From: Sulfurospirillum sp.
GTDB lineage: Bacteria; Campylobacterota; Campylobacteria; Campylobacterales; Sulfurospirillaceae
NCBI GenBank assembly: GCA_045047115.1
Contig: JASFYR010000010.1
Coordinates: 32,001-96,000, forward strand
Length of the DNA stretch: 64,000 nucleotides
Direction of reading: 5' to 3'
Below the pieces are notes generated by a model. That model saw only the letters and a list, made by a program, of their open reading frames with translations, had not been told where the DNA came from and made no database searches. Position 1 is the stretch's first letter. Every line of letters begins with the position of its first letter. Position numbers and translations under genes: made by a program. Shown here one piece after another: positions 42,501 through 50,990 of the stretch.

Positions 42501-42608
42501 TTTTGGTAAAAAGATATAACTATATACACCCAGACCAAATACAAGAAAAAATAGTATATAATTTAACTTATAATTTTCAATAAAAAATTTCAACACTCTT
42601 TCAAACAA
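39534..42608 (-). CDS. RND efflux permease (AcrB/AcrD/AcrF family), paralog of 28757-31819
   Basis: GIIVDDAIVISEN, GVIVNDGIL, RFRPIILT motifs; begins 9 nt after the activase stop. Confidence 0.93.
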   Translation of the reverse strand: MFERVLKFFIENYKLNYILFFLVFGLGVYSYIFLPKEVSPVIEPDSITIRGGYSGTSLDTLNKMAVEEIEAEVQNIDGIDTISSRITPGRFSITLELRKGADKQKVQKDIDDAITAIKSDLPSDMDELTTSTVAHARGLMQVSVFSKTLGRDRLIENAKELRLKLLGIKDISDVTIFGDSDIYYEVLIDGKKAEAYGLTQKQIIDVIPNISYIFPLGKIDSSKQEYYISLENKKDVLKEFKKTFLNIDDRVISLKDVATIKKRYRDSSTLASMNGKNAITLSISQNPKGNALEISKQVKKMIKRFQKPQIEYDIRNDHSTVIKDRLDIVISNILMGIILITLMTFLLINFRMAMVIALGIPTSFVMGAIYFYLTGYSVNINSLIGVLIAIGIIVDDAIVISENIQQYIEKGFSPKEAAFLGTKEMAKPVTIASLTTIFAFIPLLMLTGRLGQIMELIPIAVSVLVVASLIESFLFLPIHSAHILNKNAHTLSWKRISAFYSKMLKIIIRHKILFLTIFLILTPFLMYNSLKHLRFKMFEPFDSTSVSITYKASKDTTLQDSIKIVQTIENDLLKHKKEFFIDYVSSTAGYRRSATGGAEMYPYVGYVTLYLQKRAPSNFLEKYITPYLSFYYAKKGRIRTENSRQISRKLRKFLRKKEYKRKFHLREINTLERRMGHSRADIMIGVIGTDYKKVIKGIKKLKNSLRKIKAVKFVGDNMKFGSNEIKLNLNSYGKQLGVTQKYLGNYIADLYLEKKKGVILDKEGMLDIKVSSKYKDRVKDFDTLKIALKNGQTVMIKDICDFSITQSLEKLTKDDGEVNFYVYANIDQDISTTGEAMMKIMPVLKELKKSGLRYKLRGEYKQKKILQNDMLNAIVVAIILIFLSILYLFNSIGETLIVMSVIPLSFLGVLFGHQIMGLNLSMPSIVGALGLAGVIVNDGILMLSIIKTAKRQADISILAAKRFRPIILTSVTTIIGLSSLIFFATGEAVTFQPLAVSLGFGLLWGTILNLFYLPNIYALYHRRA

Positions 42609-42617
42609 TTTTACAAC

Positions 42618-43427
42618 CTATTTTTCAAGATACTCATAAGACTCATTTGCTAAAATAGCCGCACCGAAAGCTGTAGTAATTTGAGGAAATTTTGGTATAA
42701 ATATCTCTTTTGTCAACTCGTTTTCTATAGCATTTACCAAACCTATGTTTAGCGCCGGTCCACCATCGAAATAGATAGCCTCTTTTATGCCCACTCTTTT
42801 TACGAGTTTTATAACTCTTCTGGCTATAGAGTAGTGAACTCCTGCAACTATATCTTCTATACTGTAGTTATTTCCCAACAAACCGATGATTTCAGACTCC
42901 GCAAATACCGCACATGTACTGTTTATAGATAGCGGAGTGCCCTCTGATTTAAAGTGATAATCTCCTAGCTCTTCGACACCAATCTCCAATTTAAGCGCAA
43001 CTACATCCAAAAACTTTCCCGTCCCTGCAGCACATCTGTCATTCATAGCAAAATTTACCACATTTCCTTCGCTATCAAGTGAGATAGCTTTACTATCTTG
43101 TCCGCCTATGTTTATGATGGTTTTTATATCTTTTTCACCCTCAGCCATAGCAGCAGCTTTAGCTCCGATAGCATTTGCCGTGATTTCACTAATCTTCTCA
43201 TTCGCCTCCTTAAATAGTTTTCTTCCGTATCCTGTAGAGACAGTATAAGCTAAATTCTCCTCATTGACGCCCAATTCACCTAAAAGTTCGCCTAGTGCCT
43301 CTTTGGCGTATTTATAAAACATACTCCCGCTTGCATTTATCTTTTTCCCCACTAATTCCCTGTTTTCATCTATGATTGCTATCTTTATAGCGGTTGAGCC
43401 TATATCTATACCTGCAAAATATCTCAC
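42618..43427 (-). CDS. ATP-dependent [4Fe-4S] activase (HgdC/BadG/YjiL/DCCP-R family)
   Basis: GIDIGST, STGYGR, IGGQDSK, MNDRCAAGTGKF, STCAVFAESE motifs. Confidence 0.95.
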   Translation of the reverse strand: MRYFAGIDIGSTAIKIAIIDENRELVGKKINASGSMFYKYAKEALGELLGELGVNEENLAYTVSTGYGRKLFKEANEKISEITANAIGAKAAAMAEGEKDIKTIINIGGQDSKAISLDSEGNVVNFAMNDRCAAGTGKFLDVVALKLEIGVEELGDYHFKSEGTPLSINSTCAVFAESEIIGLLGNNYSIEDIVAGVHYSIARRVIKLVKRVGIKEAIYFDGGPALNIGLVNAIENELTKEIFIPKFPQITTAFGAAILANESYEYLEK

Positions 43428-44692
43428 TATCTTCTTCTCCTTCTGTTTTTAAGTGACTCTATAAACGCTTCTATTCTCGTTGTTAGCTGTCCCAAATGAC
43501 TCGGACTGTAATCACTCTCGAGATATAAGATAGGAATTCCCTCTTTTTCCATAGCTTCTATAACTGATCTCTGCTCCATCTCATAAACCTGGCAACCTGC
43601 AAAAGCCTGATATACAACACCTTCCGCTTTGTACTCCTTAACCAACTCTATAACTCTTCTAACTCTATCATGATTTTTTGTGAAAATTGGACAAGTACAC
43701 CCTTTTAGGTATCTGTCCGCAACTGCATCAACCATATCATACAAAAACCACTCATCAACACTAACCATATCATTAAAAAGTCTATTTGCCGAACAGGTTT
43801 CATCTGCTACTATTATGCCGTCTGACTGCTCTATAAGTAAAGGAATTTTAAGATTTGGAAAGATTGGAGGAGAGCCCGTATATACAACTCTAGGACTATT
43901 TTTATGGGTCTTATCTTCTGTTTTTATTCTCTGCTTGCACTCTTCATACAGTCTTTGTATTGCCTCTATCCAGTCATCTATCCTGTCAAAAAAGAAGGCA
44001 TTTGTAACTAAAAACATATCTTTTCCCAAAATAGGAGGATTTGGCTCTCTTCTTAATTCATTTAGTTGATGATAAAGGTATTGGGCATAACCTATCTTTT
44101 GGATGACTTTTTTCAGTTTTGTTTTTTTTAATTTCTTGCCCAAATTCTTTGAGAGATTTTTTGTAAATTTTCTTACACTTCTTCGCCAATACTCCCTGCT
44201 CTCTTCACTCTCTTTTGTGCGTGGAAATTCCATATCATATACGAGATAACCCATATCTTCTATAACCGCACCTAATTTTGATTTTTGATCACAGGTAGTA
44301 GGAGATATGACAAAATCGGGCTTATCACTAAAGTTTTTTGAGCTAAATTGACCGATTGTAGCCTTGATTAGAGGACAAGCTTTAGACGGAGCTAAATCAC
44401 TTCCAATCTCATCATCTGTATAAAATCCATTGCAGAGCCTTATGGGAACTGCATCCAGTGCGTAAATAATCTCATAAGGAACCTGTATGCACATCGTTCC
44501 TACTTTGACACTTTTTTTATGAAGAGCCTCTCTTTTACAATAAACTCTCTCATACAAATCATAAAAATAGTCCATATTTTTAGGAGGCTCTATGAAATCG
44601 TGCCTGATTTTATCAAGCATGGATACTGCTTCCATAGCCTTATGACGATTTTGTTTATCTTTAGGAGTTTCTATATCTCTTTTGTGCCTCAT
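43427..44692 (-). CDS. 2-hydroxyacyl-CoA dehydratase-fold protein, probable double-cubane cluster reductase (DCCP/YjiM-like)
   Basis: Single 421-aa subunit with Cys motifs in both halves (GTMC, IRLC, ACPLIK, TTCD, DETC, GCTCP, AGCQ) and the C-terminal LESDYS...GQLTTRIEAFIE. Confidence 0.85.
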   Translation of the reverse strand: MRHKRDIETPKDKQNRHKAMEAVSMLDKIRHDFIEPPKNMDYFYDLYERVYCKREALHKKSVKVGTMCIQVPYEIIYALDAVPIRLCNGFYTDDEIGSDLAPSKACPLIKATIGQFSSKNFSDKPDFVISPTTCDQKSKLGAVIEDMGYLVYDMEFPRTKESEESREYWRRSVRKFTKNLSKNLGKKLKKTKLKKVIQKIGYAQYLYHQLNELRREPNPPILGKDMFLVTNAFFFDRIDDWIEAIQRLYEECKQRIKTEDKTHKNSPRVVYTGSPPIFPNLKIPLLIEQSDGIIVADETCSANRLFNDMVSVDEWFLYDMVDAVADRYLKGCTCPIFTKNHDRVRRVIELVKEYKAEGVVYQAFAGCQVYEMEQRSVIEAMEKEGIPILYLESDYSPSHLGQLTTRIEAFIESLKNRRRRR

Positions 44693-45672
44693 TTCTTCTC
44701 TTCTCCAATCTTGTCTACTCTCATCCTCTTTGCAAATCCATCTTTTGTAGAAGTGAAAACTTTAAGTTTAAATATATCTACATGCAGAGCATCCTCTTCG
44801 GGACAGGCCGCTACACACTTCATGCAAAAGATACAGTCATCTCTGAGTATATTTTTACTATTTACATCATCTGCTATATCTTTTATCTGCATATCGCATA
44901 CATTGTAGCAATCTCCACACTTTGTGCATTTGTCTCCATCTTTTTTGAGCCTCAGCAGTGCCCAATCACTAAAGATATAGTGCATTGCACTCATAGGACA
45001 GTAGAAACAAAAAAATCTTTTTTTGATAAAAGAACCCACAAAAAACAGAACTGCAAATGTCACACCAAAAGCTGTCAAAAACAGTGTCGTACCTGTTGAA
45101 AAGTCTATTGTCCACTGCGAAAAATCACCCATAAACAGTGGCGTTATGAGTCTGCCCGGACACATCTTGCAAAATGCACCTCTCCACTGTGTATCTAGCA
45201 GTTCAAGTCCTAGCATCAATGGAAATATGATAACTATAAAAAGGAAAACATATTTGATTTTCTTTAAAAATTGATACTGAGAGCGTGTATATGTGTTATA
45301 GGGTATCTTCAAAAACTTTCTCAAACTTGTTATCCAATCTTGCATAGTTCCCAAAGGACAGGCATATCCGCACCAAGCTTTATTAAAAATTATAAACCAG
45401 GCTAAAAAAGTTAAAAAACCGCTCAAAACACCTATGCTAGCATAGCTAAAAAGCCTACTCCAAGGACGGGCAAGCTGATGTTGCAAACCCAAGAAATAAC
45501 AGTTTCCTCCTGTTTCCCTTGCATACCCACAAGAAAATATAGGCAGGCTTCTTCCCAAATCTATAGCTAAATATCCGCCATACACAAAAACTACAAAGAA
45601 AAACAGTTGCAACCAAAATCTAAATTTTCTCAAATCTCCATGATTTATAAAATCTTTTATCTTACTCATCAA
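44689..45672 (-). CDS. Polytopic membrane 4Fe-4S binding protein (NapH/RdxA-like)
   Basis: WCGYACPLG, FCFYCP, CTKCGDCYNVC, CIFCMKCVAACP motifs; several TM segments. Confidence 0.9.
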   Translation of the reverse strand: MMSKIKDFINHGDLRKFRFWLQLFFFVVFVYGGYLAIDLGRSLPIFSCGYARETGGNCYFLGLQHQLARPWSRLFSYASIGVLSGFLTFLAWFIIFNKAWCGYACPLGTMQDWITSLRKFLKIPYNTYTRSQYQFLKKIKYVFLFIVIIFPLMLGLELLDTQWRGAFCKMCPGRLITPLFMGDFSQWTIDFSTGTTLFLTAFGVTFAVLFFVGSFIKKRFFCFYCPMSAMHYIFSDWALLRLKKDGDKCTKCGDCYNVCDMQIKDIADDVNSKNILRDDCIFCMKCVAACPEEDALHVDIFKLKVFTSTKDGFAKRMRVDKIGEEKK

Positions 45673-47974
45673 AAGTCACCTCACGAAATGGCTTTTGGAC
45701 TTTATATCTATACATAAAGACTCCCGCACTGATAAAAATAAGTAGCAACATAGCTACAATTAAAGCATAAGCAAAAGATTGATAAGCTTCTTTTGAGGGT
45801 ATATATATATCATTGTAACTCACTTTGTAAGAAATATTTTTATCTTTATATGTAGCTACTACTAAAAACTTCTCTTTAAATCTCTTGTTGAACTTATCCC
45901 ACTTTGGATTATAATCTTTTATAAGTTGAAATTTTACTATGCCGTCTCCACCCGATCTGGCACTCTTTTGCCAGCCAAATTGTGTCTTAAAACTTACTTT
46001 TGCGCCTTCAAGAGGTTTACCATCTTTTAAAACTTTAAATCTTACCTCATCCCCGCTGTGTAGCCTATAGTAAAAAGAGTCTTCGTTATCTCTTAGTCTT
46101 AATATATCAAACCCGACCTCTTTTGTAGTTTTTGAAGATATCTTATCTTTTGAAAATATCTCATCCCCTCCATGGTCAAATCTCTTATACTCGTATTTTG
46201 CAACATTGATAAATCGCTTGTTATTTTTAACATAGTACAGCGTATAGTATCCGCTTTTCGGGACTTTAAAAGTGATATTCGCACAACCCCTATCATCTCC
46301 TATCTTTGCATCTGATAAAACTCCGTCAACATTTAAGAGATAAAAAATTCCATCTGCATTTTTTACGCATTTTGGTCTTGCTAACCTCCGAGATACGAGC
46401 CAAAATGTTCGTGTTTGCACACCCTCTTTCGCTCTATTCATATACATCATGCCCATACCGCCTTTTCTTTTAGCAGTAGGATTTCTATCTGTAAAAAAGA
46501 GAGTATCTTTTGGTTTTACGACAATTGCCGCAACTTTGGACTTGCCCCCGGCATGGTGCATTTTACCCCTCTTGGCTCTACTGCCGTGCATACCGCCACT
46601 TGCTCTTGCGTATGTACTCGTGATATGCGCCCTATACTGATTTACACCAAAATAGAAGATGATAAGCATGGCTGCAAACGGAAATGCCACTATCTTTCTT
46701 AACTTATCCGCTTTTATCAATTTAAATCTTTTATATAAAATCACCAGTGCCCAGATGATAGCCACCCACTTGAAGATGTTGAATATCATCAGCCAGTCAT
46801 CACCCCTCTTTGCCAAAGGCGCTACTTTCATACTAAAACCAAAAGCCCAGGCAAAACCCTCTACTATCCTCTTGTATCCTCTTGTAAAAAATCCGCTTAA
46901 TGCATAACCTAAGGACGCAAATATAAAAAGAGGTGCATAAGAGTAGCCAAGATTGTAAAATACATCTTTAAAAGGTTTTTTGAGTATTTTTGAAGCTATA
47001 TACATTCCGACGGTTGCCGCCAAAATTGTAAACACCATAGCATAAAGATAAGCAAAAAGTCCTACCGTATCAACATCTCTCCCAAACAGAGGCTTAAATA
47101 TCTCTGCGCTCTTATACCAAATCATATCTTTAGCCGCTTTACTGCGATCTATACCGTGATGAAATGCCATAGCTATCGGTATGGATGCGAGTATCAGTAT
47201 ATATGCCCAAATCTCTACTTTTAGAGCTTTAAATTTACCAAACAAAGAGGATGACGGCTTTTTAAACTTGAAATTTACAGACTCGCATGCACTTGTACAC
47301 TCCATACATAAAGTACAATCTTCCATAGAGTTTTTTTTATCAAATGTAAAAGGCTTTAAGTTATACGGGCAAGCAGTAGCACAATCAAATGTCTTACATT
47401 CCCTACATGCACTTTTGTAAGTACCAAGCCTTGCAAAAGAAAGCTTTGAAAATGCTCTTGTTACCGTACCTATGGGACATATATATTTACAATAGCTCAT
47501 ATCTTTATACAAAAAGTAAAGCAAAAATGCCAATACACTCATAACTGTAAAAAGCATTGCCGTTCCAAGCGGAGTTCTATAGACTCCAGGATATATGTAG
47601 TAAACTCCCCACCAGCCAACTACAAGTAGAAGCAGACCGATAAAACGGTTTTGCATCCACTCTGGCATACTTTTTTTAAGACCAAATTTTGTGATATATT
47701 TACCCAAAAATCCATGAGGACAGATACCGCAAAATATCCTTCCAAATGTCGGCAGAGTTGCAACCATAAAAAAAGACCAAAACATACCCCAAAACAGAGC
47801 AAAGGTGAAGAGATTGTTTTTTGAAGTATCACTAAAACCTAAAAAAATAGCATAAAAAAACAACCCAAACACAACAACTCTTAAAGCCAATAGAAACTTT
47901 TGATTCTTAAATAAAAAACCGAGGATCTTTTTATTTAATATATCACTTTTATCTCTCTTTATAAAATCTACCAC
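45662..47974 (-). CDS. Polytopic membrane 4Fe-4S binding protein with a large C-terminal extracytoplasmic domain
   Basis: FCGICPHG, YCKYICPIG, CRECKTFDCATACP, CTLCMECTSAC; His/Met-rich linker; FKVLKDGKPLEGAKV...DGIVKF segment (DUF4198-like); C-terminal TM. Confidence 0.85.
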   Translation of the reverse strand: MVDFIKRDKSDILNKKILGFLFKNQKFLLALRVVVFGLFFYAIFLGFSDTSKNNLFTFALFWGMFWSFFMVATLPTFGRIFCGICPHGFLGKYITKFGLKKSMPEWMQNRFIGLLLLVVGWWGVYYIYPGVYRTPLGTAMLFTVMSVLAFLLYFLYKDMSYCKYICPIGTVTRAFSKLSFARLGTYKSACRECKTFDCATACPYNLKPFTFDKKNSMEDCTLCMECTSACESVNFKFKKPSSSLFGKFKALKVEIWAYILILASIPIAMAFHHGIDRSKAAKDMIWYKSAEIFKPLFGRDVDTVGLFAYLYAMVFTILAATVGMYIASKILKKPFKDVFYNLGYSYAPLFIFASLGYALSGFFTRGYKRIVEGFAWAFGFSMKVAPLAKRGDDWLMIFNIFKWVAIIWALVILYKRFKLIKADKLRKIVAFPFAAMLIIFYFGVNQYRAHITSTYARASGGMHGSRAKRGKMHHAGGKSKVAAIVVKPKDTLFFTDRNPTAKRKGGMGMMYMNRAKEGVQTRTFWLVSRRLARPKCVKNADGIFYLLNVDGVLSDAKIGDDRGCANITFKVPKSGYYTLYYVKNNKRFINVAKYEYKRFDHGGDEIFSKDKISSKTTKEVGFDILRLRDNEDSFYYRLHSGDEVRFKVLKDGKPLEGAKVSFKTQFGWQKSARSGGDGIVKFQLIKDYNPKWDKFNKRFKEKFLVVATYKDKNISYKVSYNDIYIPSKEAYQSFAYALIVAMLLLIFISAGVFMYRYKVQKPFREVTFDE

Positions 47975-47984
47975 TACCCTCTCC

Positions 47985-48644
47985 TTAAAACATCAGGTTT
48001 TTATTTAGTATGCTTAAGCCTAAAACCACTAAAAACAGAGCTGTAAATCTCTCAACCCATAACTTGTATTTTGCAAATTGCACCAAAACACCCCTTATAA
48101 ATTTTGAAAAAATAAAACCATAAAAAAGTATAGAAAAAAGTACAGCCCCTATACCAAAAAATATGCCGACTCCAACAGCATCATATATAGCGTTGCTATT
48201 CATAGCAACTGCCAAAAGTGTGAGTATGGGAGCACAAGGATTTAGAGACATCATTGCTCCTATAGTAAAGAAGCCTATCTTGTTTGTTTTTTTCTTTTTA
48301 GCATTAAATGGTGTTACGCAAGAGTCCTTGTTCGCAAAACTCTTATAAAAAAGATACGCACCCATAATCATAGTAACAGTGCCCAAAAGAGTATTTGATA
48401 CAAGCGTATCATCTAAGATTTTTTTCACCCAAGAAGAGCTTAGATATGCAATCACCGCCAAAATTGTATAGCTAAAAACTCTTCCAAAACTAAAAGGCAA
48501 TATAACTCCCAAAGCTTCTTTGGTGCTATTTGAATTTGATATAAGCAGAGGTGTTAAAAACGGCATGCATGAAAACATACATGCCGTAGTGCCATAAGAT
48601 AACCCTATGATAAAAACAGAGAAAAATATTGAGTATTCAATCAT
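47985..48644 (-). CDS. DsbD_2 (cytochrome c biogenesis / UreH-like) membrane protein
   Basis: About 6 TM segments; ACMFSCMP, GRVFSY and LNPCAP correspond to the CxxxC / GR..SY / PC pattern. Confidence 0.78.
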   Translation of the reverse strand: MIEYSIFFSVFIIGLSYGTTACMFSCMPFLTPLLISNSNSTKEALGVILPFSFGRVFSYTILAVIAYLSSSWVKKILDDTLVSNTLLGTVTMIMGAYLFYKSFANKDSCVTPFNAKKKKTNKIGFFTIGAMMSLNPCAPILTLLAVAMNSNAIYDAVGVGIFFGIGAVLFSILFYGFIFSKFIRGVLVQFAKYKLWVERFTALFLVVLGLSILNKNLMF

Positions 48645-48652
48645 GTATTCTC

Positions 48653-50827
48653 TTAAAATTTGTACTTAAATCCAACATAAAAAACACGACCCGGGTCAAC
48701 TGTGATACTTGCATCTTCCGCATCAAGTGTTCCATCTCCACTTTTGTCACTAAAGAGATAAACTGTTCTGTAATATTGTTTGTCAAGTAAGTTATCTACT
48801 CTAGCAAAAAGCTCCAAATCGCCACCTTTGATTTTTGTGTTATATTTGACCAGTAAATTTGCAACACCATATGACGGCATTTTTACAAAATTTGTCTCAT
48901 CTGCATAGTAGCTTGACTGCCAATAGTAAGATGGAACAACCATCCATTTTGGAGCAACTTTAAAATAAGTCATGAGATTTATCTTGTGATGCGGAGTTCT
49001 AGGCAGCTGATTTCCGTTTATGTCATATGTTTTATCTCCAGCAGAACGATAAAGAGGAGCCAAATCAACCGTAAAAGGCTTATGGGAGGTATAAAAAGCA
49101 TCTAAATATGTATAGGCCAATTCAAAAGCAATTTTTTTACTTTTGTCACTCTTTAGTGAAAACTCAACTCCTCTGCTTCTTGCATCACCGATATTATCAA
49201 AATACACATTTGTTCCACCCGAATAGTAAGTTCCTCCAATTTTTCCGATTATATCTTTTGTATCCAGTTGATAAATTGACAAATCATAAGATAGTTTCGT
49301 ATTTGAGACTATCTTATTTCCTCGCACACCAATCTCAATATTAAATGTTGTTTCAGTGTTTATGCCTGTATTATTTTGAGTATATCTGTCTGGATCAAAA
49401 TCATGTGCATACAGCTCATAAACCCTAGGATTTCTAAATCCTGTAGAGACATTTGAGTATAGTGTATTTTTTGCATTTAGTTGATATGTTCCGCCTGCTC
49501 TGTATGAAAAGTTTGTAAAATCCGTATTTCTAGAAGTAGTGCTATCACTCCATATAGTACCATTATAGTCATGTGCGAAAACATTATAATCAAAAGTTGT
49601 GTAGTCTGCCCTTACATTAAATACTGCCATAAATTTTTCATTTACCTTGTATTTGACCTCTCCATAAAGAGCTGAGTTTTTTTCAGATGTACTTGACTTG
49701 GAAGACTCTCCCGTATAGTACCACTTTCCTCTACTTGAATAGGTTTCAGTCTTAATCCAACTATCGTCCAAATCTCTTTGACCCAAATCCAATCCTATCA
49801 TATATGCAAGATTATTTTTTTTGCCTCTGTATTCTGATTTCACCCCATACTGTTTTATATTTTCATTATTATCACTGGTATAGCCATCATCAAGCCCATT
49901 GCCGTTTAAATCTTGAGGGGATGATAAAAAATTATACAGGTCTTGATAGTGATATGTATTTACTCTTAAATTTCCTCCATTTTCAAAATCCCTGTTGTAT
50001 GTCACAAAATATTTATCTATATCAGAATAATAATCACCATTCCAAGGCAAATCACCATCATTAGCACCTGTTGGGTTCGTTTGTGCTGCCGTAACTCCAG
50101 TGACACTTCCCCTACTGCTCTCTTCGTATTTTCTTTCTATGTTGGCACCAACTGTTACATCACTCATATCATCTATGTAGTATTGAAATTTTCCGTTTAC
50201 AGACTTATCTTCAAGTTGACTCATATCCCAGTAACCATCAGTATATCTATAATTTGCATTTATACTAACTGAATATTTATCAGTACCTCTCATCAATGAT
50301 GCCACCAAATCTTTGTAATTTTCACTACCATATTCAAATTTGATACTATTCTCATTTCTATTTTTTGGTTTTTTTGTAGTTATCATAATAGCCCCTGCCA
50401 ATGCATTTCTTCCATATAGGTAACTAGCACCGCCCTTTATAACTTTGATGGACTCTATATCATCGAGATTTAATTTCACCTTTCCTCCGTTTTGAAGAAC
50501 AGGAACACCATCTATCACGACAGCAACACCGGTATCTTCCCACATAAACTCTTGCTGACCAACACCTCTTATGTGTATCTCAACAGTCTCTCCACTTCTT
50601 ACATCAGCGGTAATGCCGGGAATTGTATTTAGAACTTCTCCTATATTTTTTGGATCTACTATTTCTATCTTCTTTTCATCTATTGTATTAACCGTAGAAA
50701 TCTCTGTTTTTTTATCTGTTGTTAAATCAGAAATAGTTGATGATTCAACATTGACAGTCCCTAAATCAGCTGCATTTGCACTCATTAATAAAACACAAAA
50801 TACAGACAAATATACCTTTTTACTCAT
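48653..50827 (-). CDS. TonB-dependent receptor
   Basis: Signal peptide, TonB-box-like TVNVES, plug IRG...VVIDGVP, IESIKVIKG, NLLDKQY, C-terminal F. Confidence 0.95.
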   Translation of the reverse strand: MSKKVYLSVFCVLLMSANAADLGTVNVESSTISDLTTDKKTEISTVNTIDEKKIEIVDPKNIGEVLNTIPGITADVRSGETVEIHIRGVGQQEFMWEDTGVAVVIDGVPVLQNGGKVKLNLDDIESIKVIKGGASYLYGRNALAGAIMITTKKPKNRNENSIKFEYGSENYKDLVASLMRGTDKYSVSINANYRYTDGYWDMSQLEDKSVNGKFQYYIDDMSDVTVGANIERKYEESSRGSVTGVTAAQTNPTGANDGDLPWNGDYYSDIDKYFVTYNRDFENGGNLRVNTYHYQDLYNFLSSPQDLNGNGLDDGYTSDNNENIKQYGVKSEYRGKKNNLAYMIGLDLGQRDLDDSWIKTETYSSRGKWYYTGESSKSSTSEKNSALYGEVKYKVNEKFMAVFNVRADYTTFDYNVFAHDYNGTIWSDSTTSRNTDFTNFSYRAGGTYQLNAKNTLYSNVSTGFRNPRVYELYAHDFDPDRYTQNNTGINTETTFNIEIGVRGNKIVSNTKLSYDLSIYQLDTKDIIGKIGGTYYSGGTNVYFDNIGDARSRGVEFSLKSDKSKKIAFELAYTYLDAFYTSHKPFTVDLAPLYRSAGDKTYDINGNQLPRTPHHKINLMTYFKVAPKWMVVPSYYWQSSYYADETNFVKMPSYGVANLLVKYNTKIKGGDLELFARVDNLLDKQYYRTVYLFSDKSGDGTLDAEDASITVDPGRVFYVGFKYKF

Positions 50828-50892
50828 TGTGCCACACTCCTTTTAATAATAATTACTCCAGGACACCACTCCTGGTTTTTTGCGATAAAAGA

Positions 50893-50984
50893 AGTTTAGC
50901 AATGATCTGTTAATCATCTGTTAAATGTTTAATTTTTTCGTCAAAAAATTCATTAACACATTTTTAACACTCTATTGATAAACT
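50893..50984. promoter_or_regulatory. Divergent promoter pair, each with a TTAACA-N5-TTAACA direct repeat 9 nt upstream of a TAAACT -10
   Basis: Minus strand: repeats 50924-50908, -10 at 50898-50893. Plus strand: repeats 50953-50969, -10 at 50979-50984. Confidence 0.6.
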
Positions 50985-50990
50985 TCGATA

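Noticed and set aside
42618..48644. Selenocysteine readthrough or programmed frameshift in the Fe-S operon
   Set aside because: All ORFs appear full length and abut one another; no in-frame TGA needs to be invoked.
50828..50892. Cobalamin riboswitch before the TonB receptor
   Set aside because: The predicted leader is only about 60 nt with one small hairpin (CCAGGA/TCCTGG) and no B12 box.
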